Assembly (NCBI GenBank): GCA_046757105.1
Contig: JBHHXQ010000051.1
Location: 1 to 12,796 of the forward strand
Origin: Candidatus Krumholzibacteriia bacterium
Lineage (GTDB): Bacteria; Krumholzibacteriota; Krumholzibacteriia; G020349025
DNA: 12,796 bases
Direction: 5' to 3'
The notes under the pieces were generated by a model, which was not told the origin of the DNA, searched no databases, and saw only the letters and a list, made by a program, of their open reading frames with translations. Made by a program: the position numbers and the translations under genes. Shown piece by piece: positions 1 to 6,152 of this stretch (position 1 is the first letter of the stretch; each line of letters begins with the position of its first letter).

Positions 1-1405
1 ACAGCTCGGTGTCCAGGAGGAGACCCGTCACGCCGATGACCGCATTCGCCGGGGTGCGGATCTCGTGGCTCATGGCAGTGAGGACCTCGGGCTTGGCACG
101 GCTGTGGGCGGGCACGGCCTCCTGGGCGTCCGGGTGCGCCGCCGCGGCCTTCTTCTGTTCGGTGATGTCCGTCATGTAGATGCGAAGTTTCCGACCGGCG
201 GGGCTGACGTGGATCTTCTGGACGAAGACGTGTTCCCCGCAAGCGACTTCCCGGCTGATCGGGTTCGAACCCTCTGCGAGCTGCTGCTGCGCCAAGGGCC
301 AAGCGTCCTGCAGCACCGGGTGCTCCGCCCCGAGTCGCTCGAGATCCGGCAGCGCCACGGTGGCCGCGGGGTTCACGTAGGACAGCTCCCCCGACTGGTC
401 CATCTCGACGATCGGGTTGGGATCCTGCTTCGGGAACGATGCCAGCCGCGCCAGCTCGGCCTCGGCCTCCTTCCGATTCGTGATGTCGCGGGCCACCGCA
501 TGGATCCGCTGCTCCGAGGCAGCGGACACTGCCTTCCACTCCAGCCACCTGTACGACCCGTCCTGGCAGCGGAAGCGGTTCTCGAAGTCCGTCTCCTCGC
601 CCGACTCGAGCCTCAGCAGCGCACCCTGCGTACGTTCCAGATCCTGCTCGTGTACGTACTCCGTGAAAGGCCTTGCGAGCAGCTCCTCTTCGCGGTAGCC
701 CAAGACGCGTTCGAAGGCCGGATTGATGCGCTCGAACAACCCGCCGAAGTCGACGACGCACACCATGTCCACCGATGGCCAGAAGAGCCGGTCACGTTCT
801 GCATGCGCCCGCACCCGCTCGGTGACGTCGAAGAACACGAGGACGGACCCGCGGAGCTTGCCGTCCTCGACCATCGCGTTCAATCCGAACGAGACCGGGA
901 TCGTCGTGCCGTCCCGCCTGCGGAACTCGGCCGACTCGCTGCGGACCATCGTCCCCGCTTCCAGCACTTCGCGAAGCGAATCGCGGTCCGCGAGGCTGTC
1001 GTGTGACGCAGCGGGGTTCACCACTCGTGCGATGAAATCCTGCCCGCCGAGCTCCTTTTCGCGCCGGCCCAGAATGCGTTCGGCCTCCGGATTCATCGAA
1101 ACGAGCCCACCGTTCTCGTCCAGAGTGCACAGGCCGGCTCCCAGCGAGCTGATGACGGAACGAAGCTGGTTGCGTTCCAGCGTGATGCGGGCCTCCGAGG
1201 ATTGGCGCAGATTCTCGCAGAGCTCCTGCATCTCGCGCGAGGAGACCGTCAGGGAGCGCTCCAGCACATGGCGCTCTTGCGAGCCATCGGCGTAGGCGCG
1301 GCTGACGCACTGCAGGAACTGCTGCCACGTCGCAGCATCCGGAGGAAGATTCCGCTCCTCGAGACCCAGCCTCTTCAGCTGGTGCTGCAGCAACCGGTGG
1401 AACAC
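1..1405 (-). CDS. Multi-PAS sensor histidine kinase, partial: C-terminal kinase core continues beyond the window start
   Basis: Reverse-strand translation in the frame of codon 71-73 gives the HisKA H-box '...VLTAMSHEIRTPANAVIGVTGLLLDTEL' at the window start. Upstream in the same frame are three PAS-like blocks: 'ERNQLRSVISSLGAGLCTLDENGGLVSMNPEAERILG...FRRRDGTTIPVSFGLNAMVEDGKLRGSVLVFFDVTERVRAHAERDRLF', 'VCVVDFGGLFERINPAFERVLGYREEEL...FRCQDGSYRWLEWKAVSAASEQRIHAVARDITNRKEAE' and a PAS_4-like 'NPIVEMDQSGELSYVNPAA...RIYMTDITEQKKA'. An in-frame TAG lies at 1409-1411. GTG at 1405 (minus) is preceded by a GCGAGG Shine-Dalgarno-like sequence; the first in-frame ATG is at 1231. Not in the ORF track because the reading frame runs off the window edge. 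Confidence 0.85.
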   Translation of the reverse strand, partial: MFHRLLQHQLKRLGLEERNLPPDAATWQQFLQCVSRAYADGSQERHVLERSLTVSSREMQELCENLRQSSEARITLERNQLRSVISSLGAGLCTLDENGGLVSMNPEAERILGRREKELGGQDFIARVVNPAASHDSLADRDSLREVLEAGTMVRSESAEFRRRDGTTIPVSFGLNAMVEDGKLRGSVLVFFDVTERVRAHAERDRLFWPSVDMVCVVDFGGLFERINPAFERVLGYREEELLARPFTEYVHEQDLERTQGALLRLESGEETDFENRFRCQDGSYRWLEWKAVSAASEQRIHAVARDITNRKEAEAELARLASFPKQDPNPIVEMDQSGELSYVNPAATVALPDLERLGAEHPVLQDAWPLAQQQLAEGSNPISREVACGEHVFVQKIHVSPAGRKLRIYMTDITEQKKAAAAHPDAQEAVPAHSRAKPEVLTAMSHEIRTPANAVIGVTGLLLDTEL

Positions 1406-1940
1406 GTCCTATGCCTCGCTGATCGTCGCCGAATCGTCACGTTGTCGTGGGGTCCGCAGCAACCCTCCTTCGCGATCGCCACGCCGGCGTCGAACGGCTC
1501 TGCCGCCGCGGAGACGGGCGCCGAAGCATGCAGGACCGGAGTACGACGAGTGGATGACAGAACCATGCGGATGGGGAGCGCAGGACCGTTTGGGGAGACG
1601 CGACCCTGCCCAGGGGGGGACCGGAAGCAACGCAGGCCTGCGTGGGCCGGTGGCGTGGGTTGCATGGACATTCCTTGTCGCGTCTTTGCACCCCAATCAT
1701 ATCATGATACCTCACCCCGCACGCAGCGCCAAGCCGACCACGGTCGAGACGAGGTTCCCGGCCACCCTTACGTCAAGAATTCCGGAATGCCTGGCGGGCG
1801 GTTCGGCTTTCCGCAACCTCGGGGGAACCCCCACCCCGACCCTGCTTCCGTCCCGGCGACCGCGCCACCGGGAAGGCCGGCGCGGGCAGGGCGCCATCCA
1901 CGCCGGCGCCGCCGTGCACGACGTTCCGGGGACCCCCATG

Positions 1941-2580
1941 TCATCCCGGGACGTCGTTCAGCAGTTCGACGAAATCGAGCGCCGGCTTCGGGGCGCAGCC
2001 CTCGTGCTTGAAGAAGACGAAGACGTCTTCCCACGGATGCGCTCGACCCAGGCGCGGAGATCGTCCGTGCCGTACTCGTCCCGCCGCATGCGCAGATAGC
2101 CGAACCGCGCGGTCGGGACCAGCGGCACCTCGTCCTTGCTGTCGTCGTCCACGATGCAAAGCGCCACACCGTTCGCTCGCAGCGTCTCGTAGACCTCGTC
2201 ATGCTGCCAGGACGGCTCGCGGAACTCGAGCACGGGCCGGCACCGCGGCGGCAGCTGGAAGAGGACCGGTCCGAGCCGGTCACCGAGCACCAGAAGGTTG
2301 CCGAAAAGGTACTCGAGCTCGCCACCCACGTCCCTCAGCCGCTTGAGTGCGTGATCCGCCGCGATGCCTTCACGACGAAACGGAAGTCCTCGGGGACGTC
2401 TGCTGCCCAGCTCGCCAATACCTTCTTCGACGGCATGCGATAGAACGTATTGTTGCTTTCGACCGTATGGAGCCTCTGCGCGTAGAAACGCAGCCACCCG
2501 GAGGCGGCGAGCTCTCGCGGATAGAACCCGGGGCTCCACTGCCTGTAGGAGTAGCCGCTCATTCCGGCATGGATGCGCAT
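1941..2580 (-). pseudogene. DUF72 (UPF0759, YecE-like) family gene disrupted by two frameshifts, or carrying two indel errors
   Basis: The N-terminal piece (2580->2335) reads 'MRIHAGMSGYSYRQWSPGFYPRELAASGWLRFYAQRLHTVESNNTFYRMPSKKVLASWAADVPEDFRFVVKASRRITH', matching the DUF72 N-terminal signature. The middle piece lies in a second frame (inside ORF 1958..2623): '...ALKRLRDVGGELEYLFGNLLVLGDRLGPVLFQLPP...EFREPSWQHDEVYETLRANGVALCIVDDD...FGYLRMRRDEYGTDDLRAWVERIR'. The C-terminal piece lies in a third frame (ORF 1941..2159): 'WEDVFVFFKHEGCAPKPALDFVELLNDVPG*'. The frame changes fall near 2340-2350 and near 2040-2050. The second fits a single-G loss in a G-run ('cgtggg|aagac'). Confidence 0.6.
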
Positions 2581-2697
2581 GCTCAGCCCAGTGCGGTGCG
2601 CGGTGGATCGTCCTGTGGATCACCGCCCTGCATCATAACACCGGCCGGGCACAGGCCGCCCGCCCCGACAGCGCCAAACGCCAGCACCGAGTCCGTC

Positions 2698-3696
2698 CTA
2701 CGCCGTCGCGCACTCCGGGAGCAGATGCTTCACACCGATGCCGCGCAGCATCCGGTAGGTTGCGCGTAGCTCATCCTGACGCATGAGCTGCGGGTGGTCC
2801 GGGATGCTCCCGGCTTCGACCCAGCGAGGCGGGAAGAAAGCGACCCCCTGGATCAGAGGATAAGGCTCCAGGCCGAGGCTCCGGAAGAACGGGTTCATGA
2901 TGCGCAGGATCTCGTTGCGGCCGCCGTTCAGGAACCGGATGATGTCCACGGCTTGCGGCTTGGCCCACTTCCCGAGGACGTACGTCCGCTGCGGATCCGG
3001 CGCCGCATTGTTGGGCTCGTAGAAGAGCTCGAACACGTCCTGAAGCATGTGGCTGACCTCGGAGGCCCAGTCCAGCCTGCAGCGGATCTGCGTACCCAGG
3101 AACCTCTTGGGAACTCCATCCACATCCTTCAACGGAATCCCGTTGTCGGTGGTGGGCACTCCGGTCGCCAGCGCGAAGCGGTAGCGGTCCTGAGCATCCT
3201 TGAAGCCTTTGGCTTCGATGTAGCCGATCCGCGTGAGCCACGCCGGGCGGTCGAACAGTGGATAGATCGCGCGAACGGCGCGCTCATCCATCTCGCTCAG
3301 CTGACATGGGACGCGGATGAAGCGGTACGGCGCCCGGGTCACCGTCATGACCAGGCCCTCCTCGTCCGACGGCAGGCTGGCGAGACGGGCCCGGAGCTCG
3401 TGGACGCGGGTCTGGACGTCCTCGGTCAGCGCCTTCTTCAGGAGGTCGGCCAACCCCACCGCGTGCGACCTCTTGAGCTGCACCCCGTTCTCGGGCGAAC
3501 GATCGATCTTCTGCACGAGCACGAGGAGCGCCATGCCGCGACGCCCGCTCTCCTCGAGATCTGCGGCGACCCGTCGCAGCTGATCCGCGGTCTTCGGCTG
3601 CAACACCTCCCTGATTCTCGGTGCGCGCCGGAGCAGCGCTTGGATGCGCGCCAGAATCCGGGCGTCCTCGGGGAACAGCTCCTTCGCCAGAGTCAT
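2698..3696 (-). CDS. Hypothetical protein, ~332 aa if started at 3696, extensible to ATG 3870 (~390 aa); no domain recognised
   Basis: This is the C-terminal, protein-like part of the 1015-aa minus-strand ORF 2698..5745; the rest of that ORF is antisense to the + strand operon. From 'MTLAKELFPEDARILARIQALLRRAPRIREV...' onward third-codon positions are G/C-rich like the neighbouring genes. GGTGGGG lies 7-8 nt upstream of ATG 3696. The upstream in-frame stretch 3697-3870 ('MNPYIDASASCVLVTNRSNW...') uses many A/T-ending codons and has no Shine-Dalgarno sequence, so it may be non-coding. Stop TAG at 2698-2700. Confidence 0.5.
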   Translation of the reverse strand: MTLAKELFPEDARILARIQALLRRAPRIREVLQPKTADQLRRVAADLEESGRRGMALLVLVQKIDRSPENGVQLKRSHAVGLADLLKKALTEDVQTRVHELRARLASLPSDEEGLVMTVTRAPYRFIRVPCQLSEMDERAVRAIYPLFDRPAWLTRIGYIEAKGFKDAQDRYRFALATGVPTTDNGIPLKDVDGVPKRFLGTQIRCRLDWASEVSHMLQDVFELFYEPNNAAPDPQRTYVLGKWAKPQAVDIIRFLNGGRNEILRIMNPFFRSLGLEPYPLIQGVAFFPPRWVEAGSIPDHPQLMRQDELRATYRMLRGIGVKHLLPECATA

Positions 3697-4214
3697 CGGT
3701 GTCACCCCACCGGGATTCTCACTTGAAAGAAAGAGCAGCTTCTTGCACGTAGTACTGATCCTGTCACCGAGTTGAGACAAGAAATCCACGGGTTCCACCC
3801 CCCCGAGGCGCCAGTTCGACCTGTTGGTCACGAGAACGCACGAGGCAGAAGCATCGATGTAGGGATTCATGCGCGGGCCACGCAGTTCTTTGTAGCACCA
3901 GCTCGTCTCTGGTGGAAAGCGATTTTTCTCCGTGTCCAGCGCGACCCTGCGACACGCAGAAGCTCCTTGCGAGCCACGAGCACGCCACGCCGCGACAACC
4001 GCAAGCACCCGGCGCGAACTCCCGACAAACCGCGCAGTGTTTCCTCGGACACGTACCAGTCTGAGACACCGCCCCCCTCGGATCCCCGGTTCCTGCGGCG
4101 TTCTGAATCCAAAATGAAATCGCCGCCGACATGCGTCCCGCGTGCGACGATTCCGGCGCACGAACGAGCTGCGGCAACCGCAGACGAATCCAACCGCAAG
4201 CGAGGAGGTGTCCG

Positions 4215-4442
4215 ATGTCGGAAACCCAGGTGAAGACAGCGCGCGTCTCGGTTCTCTCCGAAGGCGAGTACGAAGTTCCCGTGCCGTCCGGGAGACCGAT
4301 GAAGCTGTCCGCGCTGCTGGACGAGCTGGGGCTCGCGAACAGGGGCGGCCAGCTCTACATGGACGGAGCCCCGGTATCTGGCAACGCCACGGTGAAGCCG
4401 GGAAGCGAAACCGTGGTGCTCCCGCACATCCGCGGGGGCTAG
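4215..4442 (+). CDS. ThiS/MoaD-like beta-grasp (ubiquitin-like) small protein with C-terminal Gly-Gly
   Basis: ATG 4215 is preceded by AGGAGG at 4204-4209 (5-nt spacer). The 75-aa product is 'MSETQVKTARVSVLSEGEYEVPVPSGRPMKLSALLDELGLANRGGQLYMDGAPVSGNATVKPGSETVVLPHIRGG*'. This follows the ThiS/MoaD pattern (xLSALLDELGL...DGAPV...PGSETVVLP..GG) with GG immediately before the stop. It is the first gene of an operon that ends with an E1-like enzyme. Confidence 0.75.
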   Translation: MSETQVKTARVSVLSEGEYEVPVPSGRPMKLSALLDELGLANRGGQLYMDGAPVSGNATVKPGSETVVLPHIRGG

Positions 4443-4455
4443 CCGATCCACGACG

Positions 4456-4488
4456 GTGCGGGGGCCGCGCGCCGCGGCTGCCCGCACC
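4456..4488 (+). promoter_or_regulatory. Stable intra-operon hairpin immediately after the Ubl gene (possible attenuator/partial terminator or processing site)
   Basis: 'ggtgcggg' (4456-4463) pairs with 'cccgcacc' (4481-4488). The intervening 'ggccgcgcgccgcggctg' is itself near-palindromic. It begins 14 nt after the Ubl stop codon, within the 112-bp gap before gene 2. Confidence 0.3.
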
Positions 4489-4554
4489 GGTCTCGAGATG
4501 CCAGCTGCGCCCGTTCTTCCGGGTGCCGCGCACCTGCTTCCAGGGGGAAAGCCC

Positions 4555-5127
4555 ATGTTCGACCTCGTCGTGAGCCAGAGCGCCCCGCCGGCGCACGTGC
4601 GGCATCGGGCCGTCGCGCTCCTGGCCGGTGTGCTGGCGACACAGGCGGCGCTGGCCTACGCGGACGTACGGCGCCGCCGAGACTATCTCCTCTCGGAGAT
4701 CGCAAGCGGTTCTCAGAACCACCTCAGGATCCTGGACGTCGATCTGCAACGGGCCGAGTCGCTTCTCGATGCGCTCGAGCACATCGCCCACCACCCCGAA
4801 TCGGAGGCGTCGGCCCGGCTGCGACCCCTCCTGCAGCTGGTGGGTGGCCCGGTGCAGACGATCGAGCTCGCCACCGACCGGCTCGGCGCGCGCGTGACAC
4901 CCAGCCATGCCCGCGACCGCAACCTCCGCATCCTGCTTCTTCCCGAGGGGGCGCGCCGCCGGCGCGTGCAGATCCAGGACCTGGACCGGGTCGACCCGCA
5001 AACGCTGCGCAATGCCGCGCCGCGCTGCTATGGCGAGCTCGGCCACTCGTACATCGCCTGGGCGCTCAACCGTTTGGACATGCGCTCGCTCGTCCTCATC
5101 GCGTTGGCGTACCTGAGGGTCAACTGA
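4555..5127 (+). CDS. Hypothetical protein (~190 aa), second gene of the Ubl-E1 operon; function unknown
   Basis: ORF 4456..5127 frame. ATG 4555 follows GGGGGAAAG (Shine-Dalgarno-like, 3-nt spacer). The product begins 'MFDLVVSQSAPPAHVRHRAVALLAGVLATQAALAYADVRRRRDYLLSEI...'. Same strand as the Ubl gene, 112 bp downstream of it. No recognisable catalytic motif. The start could be further upstream (GTG 4456, ATG 4498) but that would overlap a strong hairpin. Confidence 0.5.
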   Translation: MFDLVVSQSAPPAHVRHRAVALLAGVLATQAALAYADVRRRRDYLLSEIASGSQNHLRILDVDLQRAESLLDALEHIAHHPESEASARLRPLLQLVGGPVQTIELATDRLGARVTPSHARDRNLRILLLPEGARRRRVQIQDLDRVDPQTLRNAAPRCYGELGHSYIAWALNRLDMRSLVLIALAYLRVN

Positions 5128-5239
5128 GAAACCGGGGGCACGCCACCGCGGACGCCGGCGGCGCTCGCAACGACGAGCTGCGACACCCGCCTCGCCCCGC
5201 AGGACGCGCGTCATCCCCCAGTCCCGTGGAGGTCGCCTC

Positions 5240-6085
5240 ATGCTGCGGCGCTGGAACGAGTTCCTCCGGACACTGAACATCCGGGGACATCTCTTCGACC
5301 AGGACGGCCCGTACTCGATCATGCTCGGGAGCCGGCTCCTCAACCGCTCCATCTTCGCCCTGCGGACGGCCATATTCGGCGCCTGCATGGCGGCTCGCGA
5401 GACGTTGCGCAGCGCCGGCGACGTCCGCGAGCCAATGCTCATCGCCGATCCCGGCGCGGCGCGGCGCGCCTTCGAGAATGTGCAACGGGAGGGCGACCTG
5501 CTGCTGCTCGAGGATCTCCTGGAGGTCTTCCTCCCCACCGCGCTCCTGTACGAGACGGGATCCCCGCACGGCGAGACCGTGACGGTCGGGTTCCGCGACG
5601 AGGCCGCTCCCAACAAGATCCTGAAGGGACTGACCGCCGCCGGAGAGGTCGAGGATCCGCACAGGTACCGGGCGATGGGCGACGTCTTGCTCGTCCCTCC
5701 GGCCGTTCGCGGCGAAGGCCGCAAGCGCGGCCACTGGATCCGCACCTGCCAGCTCGACCCACCGCTGTGGAGCGAGCACGGCGGCCCCTACTGGCGGCTC
5801 GGCCAGTGGAACCTCTGGCGGCTCGACGTGCTCGGTTGGCACGAGCGTCTGGCGCTGGCCGCGCTGGTCGGGACGTCCGCCGAGGCCGCCGTCGTTCTCG
5901 GGCCGCCGAACCTGTTCCCGCACATCGGCTTCGTCGCCGAGGTCGCCCGCGAGATGGGACGCACGCTGATCGGTGTGCCGTTCGAGGCATGCCCGCCGGA
6001 GCTCCGGCTGGATCTGGAAGAGGCACGCCGGCGCAGTCTGTCGAGCGTGCAGCGCATGTTCAGGTTGTTCGAGGGGGTCATCTGA
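5240..6085 (+). CDS. Hypothetical protein (281 aa), third gene of the Ubl-E1 operon; tentative UBC/E2-like active-site motif around Cys170
   Basis: ATG 5240 is preceded by GGAGG at 5227-5231 (8-nt spacer). Stop TGA at 6083-6085. The segment 'DVLLVPPAVRGEGRKRGHWIRTCQLDPPLWSEHGG' loosely resembles the E2 'PP...HPN...G.ICLDIL...WSP' active-site region. This is pattern-level resemblance only. Confidence 0.6.
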   Translation: MLRRWNEFLRTLNIRGHLFDQDGPYSIMLGSRLLNRSIFALRTAIFGACMAARETLRSAGDVREPMLIADPGAARRAFENVQREGDLLLLEDLLEVFLPTALLYETGSPHGETVTVGFRDEAAPNKILKGLTAAGEVEDPHRYRAMGDVLLVPPAVRGEGRKRGHWIRTCQLDPPLWSEHGGPYWRLGQWNLWRLDVLGWHERLALAALVGTSAEAAVVLGPPNLFPHIGFVAEVAREMGRTLIGVPFEACPPELRLDLEEARRRSLSSVQRMFRLFEGVI

Positions 6086-6152
6086 TGCAACGCCCTGGCA
6101 GCCACGAAGCCATCCCCGGTCCCGGCGGTGATGCCGCCTTCCCGGGCTTCGG

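Noticed and set aside
258-276. tRNA T-loop-like palindrome GGGTTCGAACCC
   Set aside because: It lies inside the verified kinase coding frame (…NPISREVAC…) with no acceptor/anticodon stem context. It is a coincidental palindrome.
65-1006. 313-aa + strand ORF (GTG start)
   Set aside because: It is antisense to the clearly identified PAS/HisKA kinase frame on the minus strand, with a low-complexity Arg/Leu-rich translation.
792-1328. 178-aa minus-strand ORF inside the kinase region
   Set aside because: Out of frame with the verified PAS/HisKA reading frame; alternative-frame artefact.
1202-2159. ORFs 1202..2011 (+), 1554..2099 (+), 1768..2325 (-) and three overlapping ~95-aa minus ORFs at 1375-1715
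   Set aside because: They overlap in all frames and give low-complexity translations with no Shine-Dalgarno-supported starts. Part is antisense or off-frame to the DUF72 pseudogene and kinase.
4131-4214. Longer upstream start (ATG 4131) for the Ubl ORF
   Set aside because: The 28-aa extension is Arg/Cys-rich and lacks a Shine-Dalgarno sequence. ATG 4215 has a perfect AGGAGG and yields a canonical 75-aa beta-grasp protein.
2698-5745. 1015-aa minus-strand ORF spanning the whole Ubl operon
   Set aside because: Only the 3' third (<=3870) reads like protein. The remainder is Arg/Pro/Ala-rich antisense of the well-supported + strand genes, a typical high-GC artefact.
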